From Bacteroidota bacterium (lineage in GTDB: Bacteria > Bacteroidota > Bacteroidia > Bacteroidales > JAADGE01), in assembly GCA_034659855.1 (NCBI GenBank), contig JAYEIA010000199.1:1-60692 (forward strand): a DNA stretch of 60,692 nt, read 5' to 3'. This document shows positions 26,978 through 35,262 of this stretch, in pieces. The position numbers were made by a program, and so were the translations under genes. The notes under the pieces were generated by a model. That model was not told the DNA's origin, did no database searches, and saw nothing but the letters and a program-made list of their open reading frames with translations. Each line of letters begins with the position of its first letter. Position 1 is the stretch's first letter.

Positions 26978-28156
26978 TTATTCATTCAGAATACTAACTT
27001 CGGTGTTTTCTTTGGGGTCAACCAGTGCCTCCGAAACCAGTTTTGTATCTTCCGGAAGCCCGTTAAAGAGTAAGGTTTTTTCATTGGTTTTCAGAATATT
27101 TATTTTTTGTTTTAGAAGTCTGCCCTTTTCTACAATAAATACCTCGTTGTGGTTTATTACCGCATCTCTGTCCAAAAGCATGGCATTTTTTACTTCGATG
27201 TTTGAGAATGTGGCTTGCATGTATTCTCCTTGGTATATTTTTTCACCTTTGGGTGAAGTAAGGCTGATAAAAATCGTGACGGATTGTGTTTGAGGGTCTA
27301 CAAAATCGGAGACTCTGTTTACTGTTCCCTTGTACTCTTTTTTTCCGTGGTCGGTAGTAACTTTTACGTGGTTTCCTTTGCGAATGAATCGAGCATCTGA
27401 GGTTTTAACGGAGGCTTCGAGTTCCAAACGGTTGGTTCGAATGAGTTTGGCGATTTTTCCGCCGGGGTTTGCAATGCCGCCAACTTCGATATATACATCT
27501 GAAAATGAACCGGAGAACGGAGCATAAATAAAGTATTTTTGCATACGAACCTGCTCACTTTTTATGGAATAGTAATCGCTGAGGATGTTTCTTCCGGTTA
27601 AGTATATTTTTTCCTGACTGGATTTAATTTCCGGCAAGTCGGGTATATTTTTGTCGATATCTGTTTTATCAAAAAATGTTAACCAATTTTGGTAGCTCTC
27701 CGGATAGTCAATTTTAAAATCCGGCAACAGATTAGCCACGGAGTTAAGAAATCTACTTTTTCTTGCTTTGAGTGCGTAGGCGGCTTCGGTATTGAAAATA
27801 CGTACAAGCAGTTGGCCTTTTCTGAACGATTGCCCTTTTTTCAGCGGAACATTTCCGGGAAGTATTTTTCCTTGCACTTCGGCACTTAAATTAATGAAAT
27901 GGCGTGTTGATATTCTTCCGGTTGCCACGGTTTCTGATTTCTGATTTTTGTATTTTACCGGGGTTACTTTTACATGCGTTTTGTGTTTCTTATTTTCAAC
28001 CGTCTTGGGTTCCGGTTTCATGATGCTCAAGCCTTTCATGGAGATTACTCCGAGTATAATTACCAGTACAACTCCGGCTATTGCAATATAATGTTTTTTC
28101 TTCATGGTATTCGTTCTTTTGCTGAATTCAAAATAGTTTTCGTAAAATTCGGACAT
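26978..28156 (-). CDS. RND efflux periplasmic adaptor (membrane fusion protein, HlyD family)
   Basis: Single N-terminal TM (HYIAIAGVVLVIILGV) followed by lipoyl/beta-barrel-like repeats. The start is ambiguous among ATG 28156 (28 nt after a -7 box), ATG 28105 (MKKKH) and the ORF-track start 28186. Confidence 0.78.
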   Translation of the reverse strand: MSEFYENYFEFSKRTNTMKKKHYIAIAGVVLVIILGVISMKGLSIMKPEPKTVENKKHKTHVKVTPVKYKNQKSETVATGRISTRHFINLSAEVQGKILPGNVPLKKGQSFRKGQLLVRIFNTEAAYALKARKSRFLNSVANLLPDFKIDYPESYQNWLTFFDKTDIDKNIPDLPEIKSSQEKIYLTGRNILSDYYSIKSEQVRMQKYFIYAPFSGSFSDVYIEVGGIANPGGKIAKLIRTNRLELEASVKTSDARFIRKGNHVKVTTDHGKKEYKGTVNRVSDFVDPQTQSVTIFISLTSPKGEKIYQGEYMQATFSNIEVKNAMLLDRDAVINHNEVFIVEKGRLLKQKINILKTNEKTLLFNGLPEDTKLVSEALVDPKENTEVSILNE

Positions 28157-28183
28157 GAATTTTCCCTCAAATAAGCAATGATA

Positions 28184-28191
28184 CAAAAATA
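28184..28191 (-). promoter_or_regulatory. -7 promoter box (TATTTTTG) for the RND operon
   Basis: The minus strand reads TATTTTTG, upstream of the adaptor gene. Confidence 0.4.
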
Positions 28192-28445
28192 GTAATATTT
28201 TTTGTGTTAGATTAATATTTTGAGAATTTTTATAGGTTGTTTAGTGTTGTTTAACAATGAGTATATGTGTTTTGTGTATATACTGTCTGAACGGAAATAC
28301 ACAAAATTAGAAATGTTTTTTTTTGCGATATTTCTATTTTTTAAAATTCGTTGATACAGTGGCATCTCCAAATTAAAAAAAATAAAAATCTCATCAAAAA
28401 AAACTCATTTCGTAAAATTCGTCTGTTTTCGCTCAGAAACTATAT

Positions 28446-28581
28446 AAAAATCAGGATGTTAGGACACAATAGTATAAAAACAACAATAAAATACACAAAA
28501 GTTGCACGAACAGCAGTTAGAAAAATTAAAAATCCATTAGACAACATATCACAAAATATAGAAAAAGACAAACCACCATAA
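28446..28581 (+). pseudogene. C-terminal remnant of a tyrosine recombinase/integrase
   Basis: MLGHNSIKTTIKYTKVARTAVRKIKNPLDNI matches the LGHssikTTeiYthv....i.sPld C-terminus, including the catalytic Tyr. The upstream part of ORF 28351..28581 is low-complexity K/I-rich, with no remaining integrase body. Confidence 0.6.
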
Positions 28582-28687
28582 AGTTATAATTTCTTGATTG
28601 ATTTTGAGATAATTTAATATCACCAACACAAAAAACGCAACTTTTTAATTAACTCATTATCAATTTATTAGTAATATTAATGCCTAA

Positions 28688-28718
28688 AGTTTAGAATAGA
28701 GGTGTTTTTTTTTGAATA
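28688..28718. repeat. About 30-nt sequence shared with 59585..59613 (AGTTTAGAATAGAGGTG-Tn-GAATA)
   Basis: Direct comparison shows an identical 17-mer plus a T-run (9 T here, 7 T at 59602) plus GAATA. TAATATT..GC similarity lies upstream. Confidence 0.7.
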
Positions 28719-28921
28719 TGAAGATTATAAGACTTTTACAAGATAATATTCAACCTCCGGAAAAACAACGTCATTTTAAACCATAGCCATATTAATTGCA
28801 AATATAATAAGGCCGCTTGGTGCAATGCGCCAAGCCGGACGTTGTGGGTAGTTTGACATAACAACGCCAATAAAATCAGTAGAGAAAATTTTAAAAAAAT
28901 AAAGACAAAGAATAATTTAAT

Positions 28922-28929
28922 TATCTTTG
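28922..28929 (+). promoter_or_regulatory. -7 promoter box (TATCTTTG) upstream of the R-M gene
   Basis: Matches TAnnTTTG, 18 nt upstream of ATG 28947. Confidence 0.45.
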
Positions 28930-29197
28930 AAAATAAAAAAATATAAATGTCAATATTTCAAAATTCAGTACTTAATAAATATTTGAAAACGCAAGATGAA
29001 AAGAAGATTGATGACATGTATTTTCAATTTACTTCATATTTTCATAATGCCGAAATACAAGAAAATATCCGAAACTCTAAGGAAGAACAATTTCAGGAAG
29101 GATTTTTAAGAGAATTGTTTGTCAAGATTTTGGGATATACTTTAAATCCTAAACCGAATTTCAATCTAACGACTGAACTTAAAAACGAAAAAGGAGC

Positions 29198-29204
29198 AAA
29201 AAAA
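29198..29204 (+). repeat. A7 homopolymer at the frameshift site (A_AAA_AAA in the upstream frame)
   Basis: GGA GCA AAA AAA CAG. One extra A (A8) would give GAKKTDGAILKNGK... and fuse ORF A to ORF B. The overlap window of the two frames is 29183..29219. Confidence 0.75.
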
Positions 29205-30659
29205 CAGACGGTGCAATCCTGAAAAACGGAAAAGCACTATCCGTAATTGAACTTAAAGGAACGGACACCAAAGATTTAGACAAAATAAACGAACAGGCTT
29301 TCAATTACAAAAATAATCATACTGACTGTGTTTATGTGATTACTTCAAATTTTGAGAAACTGCGTTTTTTTATTCATAATGCAGTTGCTCATATTGAATT
29401 TAACCTGTTTACACTTACAAAAGAAGAATTTAAAATATTTTGGCTTTGTCTGAATGCCGATAATTTATTGGGCGGAGTTCCCGAAAAGGTAAAACAAGAA
29501 AGTACGATAGTAGAAGAAAATGTAACCAAACAACTTTACAAAGATTATTCGGCTTTTAAACATGAGCTTTGGCAAAATATCTGTAAAAACCGACCCGATT
29601 TAGATAAACTTCTGTTGTTTAAGAAAACGCAAAAGCTATTGGATCGATTTCTGTTTATATTTTTTGCCGAAGACAGCGGATTACTGCCGCCAAACTCAAT
29701 TTCGAGAATGGTAGAACGCTTTGAGCAACTTATTGAATTAGACGCAGAAAAACCACTTTACGAAATTTTTAAACAATATTTTGGTTATATAAACAAAGGC
29801 AGGAAAGGCAAAACAACACAAGATGATATTTTTGCATACAACGGCGGTTTATTTCAGCCCGATGAATTGTTGGACAGCCTGATAATTGATGATAAAATAT
29901 TAAAACCTCACGTAGAAACAATGACAGCTTACGATTTTAAGAGCGATGTTGATGTAAATATTTTGGGGCATATTTTTGAAAACTCGCTCAATGAAATTGA
30001 AAACGTAACCGCACAACTCGAAGGACAGGAATTAGACAAAAGCAAAACCAAACGAAAAAAAGACGGCGTTTTTTACACACCCAAATACATTACAAAATAC
30101 ATTGCAGAAAATACCGTAGGCAAACTTTGCGAAGAGAAAAAAGCTGAATTAAATATTACAGATGAGCGATTTACCGAAGCCGGGAAACGTTCTAAGAAAG
30201 GAATTGCAGATTTAGAAGCATACAGAAACCGGTTGCTTGAACTAACTATTTGCGACCCTGCATGTGGTTCAGGAGCTTTCCTAAACCAAGCACTTGAGTT
30301 TTTAATAAGTGAACACAGATATATTGACGAACTTTTAGCGGCTTATCATAAAGTACCTATAGTGTTGAGTAATATAGAAAACCACATTCTGGAAAAAAAT
30401 ATTTACGGTGTGGATATTAACGACGAAAGTGTAGAAATTGCAAAACTTTCGCTTTGGCTGCGAACCGCACAGCGCGGCAGAAAACTAACATCGTTAAATA
30501 ACAACATAAAATGCGGAAACTCACTGATTGACGACCCTGAAGTAGCAGGAGAAAAGGCATTTAATTGGCAAAAGGAATTTCCGCAGGTTTTTGAAAAAAA
30601 GGATAAAAAGGCTTGGCATATTATCTTTGCAATATATAATTCACGTTATTCGACGGATG

Positions 30660-30679
30660 CCGACGGGTTAACCCGTCGG
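30660..30679. repeat. Perfect 20-nt palindrome CCGACGGGTT/AACCCGTCGG (hairpin 1)
   Basis: Read directly from the sequence. It encodes DGLTRR within the Y1 module. Confidence 0.9.
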
Positions 30680-30915
30680 TTTGCCGGTGATACAGCAAAT
30701 AAACCCGGTTTTATTGCCCGAACTTATCCGGAACTGCTCCCGGAGCAAGAAATTATTATTGCCGAAGAATTAGCAAAAGCAGCCGAAGAATACAGCTTAA
30801 ACATTACGGCATGTAATATTTGCAAAGACCACGTACATGCCATTATAGTATGCGAAGAAGATGAGTTATCGTATCTTACCGGAAAATGGAAAGGCCGAAG
30901 TGCATTTACATACAA

Positions 30916-30935
30916 CCAACGGGTAAACCCGTTGG
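30916..30935. repeat. Palindrome CCAACGGG-TAAA-CCCGTTGG (hairpin 2, compensatory variant)
   Basis: Read directly from the sequence. The G>A change in the left arm is matched by C>T in the right arm relative to hairpins 1 and 3. Confidence 0.9.
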
Positions 30936-31094
30936 CTGTATCAAAAAAGCAAAAAGCCCAATACGCCGACGGAACCAAAGAAAAATTTTGGGCCAAAAGT
31001 TTCAAACCCGTATTAATAAAAGACAAAGAACAATACCAAGCAACCGTAAACTACATAAAAAACAACCGAACAAAACACAAACTGCCACCCCAAA

Positions 31095-31114
31095 CCGACG
31101 GGTTTACCCGTCGG
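31095..31114. repeat. Palindrome CCGACGGG-TTTA-CCCGTCGG (hairpin 3)
   Basis: Read directly from the sequence. The arms are identical to those of hairpin 1. It encodes DGFTRR just after the Y1 Tyr motif. Confidence 0.9.
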
Positions 31115-32702
31115 CTCAACCAAATGATATGCACTCATAGACACGCATTCCGTCCGGAACACAAAGGCGGTTTTGATGTGATTATTGGTAATCCGCCGTA
31201 TGTGAGAAGTCGAGAATTAATGCAAGAAAATGAAAAAACATATCTTGTAAATTATTATAAAACTGCATCGTATCAGTTAGATTTATACAAATTATTTATT
31301 GAAAAATCTTTGAACCTAATTAATAACAAGGGCAAATTATCCTTTATAACACCCTCGGTGTTCTTATCAAATGATTATGACAAACCACTTCGTAAATTTA
31401 TCTTAGAAAATTATAATTTAGTTCAAATATCAACAAGTGATAAAGACATTTTTACAGATGCAAGCGTAAAAACTGTCGTTTTTACAATCGACAAAAATAT
31501 TGCAAATCAGGAAATTAAGTTTTTTAAAATTGTGAAAGGTGATTTTTTACAAACAAAATTAATTTCAAAGAATGTATTTATAAATCAAGACTATACAATA
31601 AATGAAAACATAAATTTAAGTTCTTTAACAATTTTAAATAAGTTACAAAATTGCTCAAAACTTGATGAGTTTTTTGTTGTCAAAAATGGAATTAAAGTAA
31701 GAAAAGACTTATTATATTCTTCCCAAATAGATACAAATTATAAATCATTTCTTTTAGGTAAAAATATCAATATTTTCTCAATATAATCTAACAATATTTA
31801 TATCCATTACCTGCCAGAAAATGAAAAATTATATACAAATCAGGCTTTTAGAACAAAAGATATTTTTGAACAAGAAAAATTGATTGTAAGACAAATTTTA
31901 GGTAAAAGAATTATTACAACATTTGATAATGAAAATTATTACACAGACCAAACAACCTATGTAATAAACAAAAAAGATAATAATTTTAATTTATTGTTCT
32001 TGCTGTCTGTTATGAACTCAAAATTAATGTATTACTACTTTAAAAATACTTTTTCTGACAATAAAGTTACTTTTCCAAAAGTAAAACGTTCTCAAATTTT
32101 AAAGTTTCCAATAAAAAAAACTGAAAACCAACAACCATTCATAGAAAAAGCAGACAAAATGCTTTCACTAAACAAAAAATTACAAACCGAAAAAGACAAC
32201 TTTTCAAAAACCCTGCAAGAAGAAAAAGGCATTGAAAAATTAAGCAAAAAATTACAAAACTTTCAAAATTTAGAATACGAAGAATTTAAAAAAGAGTTAC
32301 GAAAAAAGAAAATAAAAATCAGTCTCGGCAACGAAAACAACGAGTGGAGAGAATATTTTAATACAGCTAAACAAAAGATAAACGGTTTGCAAAACCAAAT
32401 AAATCAAACCGATACAGAGATTGACAAAATGGTTTATGAATTATACGAACTTACGGCAGAAGAAATTGAGATTGTGGAAAATTCGGTGAAATAAAATGGA
32501 TTTATAAAGCAGAAATCCCAATACGTAAAGAAATTAACGACCGGGCAAAAAGTGAAAAAATTGATATTAATAAATTAGTTTCCGAATTAGTTGAAAATTT
32601 CTATAAAACAGTAAAAAATATAAATAAAAACGCAGCATTATAAAGATTAAGGACGTGGAATTAGCATAAACGCTACACAAACGACTTTACTTTAAACTCG
32701 GC

Positions 32703-32735
32703 AAAAAAAAATAAGCCCGATAAAGGCTTATTTTT
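32703..32735. terminator. Bidirectional rho-independent terminator between convergent genes
   Basis: AAAAAAAA-ATAAGCC-CGATAAA-GGCTTAT-TTTT. The 7-bp stem is flanked by an A-run and a T-run. It lies 31 nt downstream of the minus-strand gene that ends at 32766. Confidence 0.65.
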
Positions 32736-32765
32736 AGAGTTTTATATCACTGTAGGACAAGCGAA

Positions 32766-33449
32766 TTATTCAAATCTGATTAACTCAGAAGATCCCATGA
32801 GTTTATCTTTTGAATTGTAGGTTTCTGATTTTACAACTCCTACACCTTCGGTAATCCAGGAAATAGTTTTTAAGGTAATGGTTACAAAACCGGCCTTTGA
32901 TTTTATATCCTGTGATATTTTAAGGCAACTGAAGGTTCCGGCATCGGTTGTAACTTTCTCTTTGGCCAAAACTTCTCGGTTTTCAATGGTTGTAACAAAA
33001 TCTAAGGTCATCATTCCGGTGTTTATTGACACGGTTACCGAACCGTCATCTAAAGTCGTGCCGACACCCATATTTTTGGGGTAGCTGATGTTTTCAAAAT
33101 CGAATGATATTTGGGTTTCTTCGTAGTTTTCATATTGTTCTTGGTTCAAGTATTGGCTCATATCTACATTAAAGACTCCGTTTTCGCAGTAAAAATTCAG
33201 GGTATCTCTGTTTTCTTCTTTCCCTTTTTTGTCTTTGTAAATTTGCTCAATTTTGTACCGGGTTTGTCCGTCTTTTACGGTTTTATCCAGTAATTTTTGA
33301 CTGTGGTAAGATTCTGTTTTGCCTTTTTTGTTTTTATTAACGTATTCCGCAACTTTGTTTCCGTTGTTTATAATGTAAGCTGTACAATCTTGTGCTTGTA
33401 CTGAGAACAAAGCGATAACTCCAATTAGACTAAGAATGATTTGTTTCAT
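32766..33449 (-). CDS. Hypothetical secreted protein
   Basis: The start is chosen at MKQIILSLIGVIALFSVQAQ (signal peptide, ATG at 33449) rather than the ORF-track start 33566. The protein is beta-rich and has no recognised motif. Confidence 0.55.
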   Translation of the reverse strand: MKQIILSLIGVIALFSVQAQDCTAYIINNGNKVAEYVNKNKKGKTESYHSQKLLDKTVKDGQTRYKIEQIYKDKKGKEENRDTLNFYCENGVFNVDMSQYLNQEQYENYEETQISFDFENISYPKNMGVGTTLDDGSVTVSINTGMMTLDFVTTIENREVLAKEKVTTDAGTFSCLKISQDIKSKAGFVTITLKTISWITEGVGVVKSETYNSKDKLMGSSELIRFE

Positions 33450-33763
33450 AATTTTATATTTGATTTTAATATTTGCGAAAGTTAGCTCTTTTTTTAAAAA
33501 CGAAGTTAATTTTTTGATGAATGATTCCGACATCAATTTAAAACCTGACAAAAAGCATATAACCAAAAGCCTGTATCATGTCCGAAGACAATCTACAGGC
33601 AGAAATGGCACGAATTGTTGAATTTTTAACCCTCTGTATCAACAATAAGTGAACTGTAAAATTATTGAAATTTTTATTTTGCAGCGTGTTGTTAATTTTG
33701 GACAACCGGATAAAACATTCTGTTGAACCGGAAACGACACACCGTTTTTATACTATTCTCAGA

Positions 33764-35251
33764 TTAGTCCGGTTTTTCATGAAGATATTGATTATTTTTT
33801 CGCATCACCGGCCCGTTGTCGTCCTTAGATACTGTGTACCTTGAATACTCTTCGGAACTATAGTCGTTTTTTATTTCCAAATCTATATTGTTTCTCAAAT
33901 AGGCCGGCGTTTTTTCTAAATCATGCAAATTTTCTGAATAATTCATAGACCTGCTGTTTTTTGTTTGCGGCTCAAGAATTGAAATATTCGTTTGCTTTTC
34001 TTCTTCTTCTTCTTGAGATTGAGACGAGCTTGGTGTTTGCTTTTTATCAAATATTTCGTCGTTTAAACTGAAAGGATCTTTTGATAGATTGTCCTCTTCA
34101 AAGTCTAAGTCATCCGTGTCTGTTACGTCATCTATTTCTAAGACAATTTTGTCAGATGTGTCCTGTTCTTCAATCGTATTTTTCTCGATTTTGCTTTCAT
34201 CATCATCCAGATTATATTTGATTTTTTTAGGTTCAATATCAGCTCTGGGTGTCGACGAGTAGAGTGCCGGAATATCGTGTTCTCCAAAACCTGTAGCAAT
34301 AATTGTTACAGCAATATTATCATCCAAAGACTCCTCCAGTGAACTTCCGGAGATTAAATCGGCTTCATTTCCTGCGGCATCCTGAACCATTTCATTGATG
34401 TCGGAAATTTCATCCATCGTCGCTTTTTTGGTTGATGAATAGGAAATGTTTATGAGTAGATTTTTAGCACCGTCAATGTCATTATTGTCCAATAATGGAG
34501 AGGATAAGGCATCATTTACTGCATTAACGGCACGATCTTCACCGTTTGCTTTTCCGGCACCCATAAGAGCGATACCGCTGTTTTTCATAACTGTCTGAAC
34601 ATCAGCAAAGTCAACGTTTACATAACCTTCTTTAGTTATAATTTCAGCAATACCTTTTGCGGCAGTAGTCAAAACGTCGTCGGCCTTTTTGTAGGCGTCA
34701 TCAATATCCAACTCTCCGTAGATTTCGCGAAGTTTTTCATTGTTGACAACAAGCAGGGCATCAACAAAGTTGTTCATTTCACGAATACCCTCAATGGCTT
34801 GTCTGATGCGTTGTTTGCCTTCATACCCGAATGGAATGGTAACAATACCCACGGTGAGTTTGTCGAGTTCATGCGCTGCCTCGGCTATAATAGGGGCGGC
34901 TCCCGTTCCCGTGCCTCCTCCCATACCTGCTGTAATAAACACCATCTTAGTATTGTCATCGAGTTCGGCCTTAACCTCCTCAATGCTTTCAACGGCTGCC
35001 TCTCTTCCTTTGGCCGGGACGCTTCCTGCTCCCAGACCTTCAGTGAGCGTAGGGCCCAGTTGAATTTTATTTTCTACAATGCTGCTGTCAAGAGCCTGTT
35101 TGTCGGTATTGCATATAATAAAATCAACACCACTTATTCCTTGAATGTGCATGTTCTTTACGGCATTACTTCCGCCGCCTCCTATTCCTATAACCTTAAT
35201 TATGGATGAGGGCTTCTTTTTCATATCGAATGGTAATAATTCTTCTGTCAT
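33764..35251 (-). CDS. ftsZ: Cell division GTPase FtsZ
   Basis: IGIGGGGSNAV and the tubulin signature GGGTGTGAAP are present. The C-terminal linker is long and acidic. It is the last gene of the dcw cluster. Confidence 0.95.
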   Translation of the reverse strand: MTEELLPFDMKKKPSSIIKVIGIGGGGSNAVKNMHIQGISGVDFIICNTDKQALDSSIVENKIQLGPTLTEGLGAGSVPAKGREAAVESIEEVKAELDDNTKMVFITAGMGGGTGTGAAPIIAEAAHELDKLTVGIVTIPFGYEGKQRIRQAIEGIREMNNFVDALLVVNNEKLREIYGELDIDDAYKKADDVLTTAAKGIAEIITKEGYVNVDFADVQTVMKNSGIALMGAGKANGEDRAVNAVNDALSSPLLDNNDIDGAKNLLINISYSSTKKATMDEISDINEMVQDAAGNEADLISGSSLEESLDDNIAVTIIATGFGEHDIPALYSSTPRADIEPKKIKYNLDDDESKIEKNTIEEQDTSDKIVLEIDDVTDTDDLDFEEDNLSKDPFSLNDEIFDKKQTPSSSQSQEEEEEKQTNISILEPQTKNSRSMNYSENLHDLEKTPAYLRNNIDLEIKNDYSSEEYSRYTVSKDDNGPVMRKNNQYLHEKPD

Positions 35252-35262
35252 GGTAAATAAAT

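Larger units (their letters stand above)
30596..31165 (+). mobile_element. IS200/IS605-RAYT-like Y1 (HUH) transposase module embedded in frame within the MTase region
   Basis: Motif order is AWHIIFAIYNSR (beta1), DHVHAIIV (HUH at 30830..30838), WKGRSAF, FWAKSF and VNYIKNN (Tyr at 31052..31054). The module lies between FPQVFEK and GGFDVIIGNPPYV and has no start or stop codon of its own. Confidence 0.6.
28947..32494 (+). pseudogene. Type IIG restriction-modification enzyme (PD-ExK nuclease + gamma-class N6-adenine MTase + TaqI-like specificity domain), disrupted
   Basis: Three ORFs (28947..29222, 29336..31786, 31880..32494) form one gene. The frame changes at an A7 run, and the nuclease motif ADGAIL...VIELKGT continues in the second frame from 29207. 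MTase motif I is DPACGSGAFL and motif IV is NPPY (31190..31201). An in-frame TAA lies at 31784..31786, and the same frame continues into the C-terminal domain (NSKLMYYYFK). Confidence 0.8.

Noticed and set aside
28351-28445. N-terminal part of the 76-aa ORF containing the integrase fragment
   Set aside because: It is low-complexity K/I/N-rich translation of AT-rich DNA. Only the last 45 or so codons resemble a tyrosine recombinase.
32470-32643. 58-codon open frame downstream of the R-M gene (…IPIRKEINDRAKSEKIDINKLVSELVENFYK…) that looks like a small ribbon-helix-helix/antitoxin-like peptide
   Set aside because: It has no ATG, GTG or TTG in frame. It may be a remnant, but it cannot be supported as a gene.
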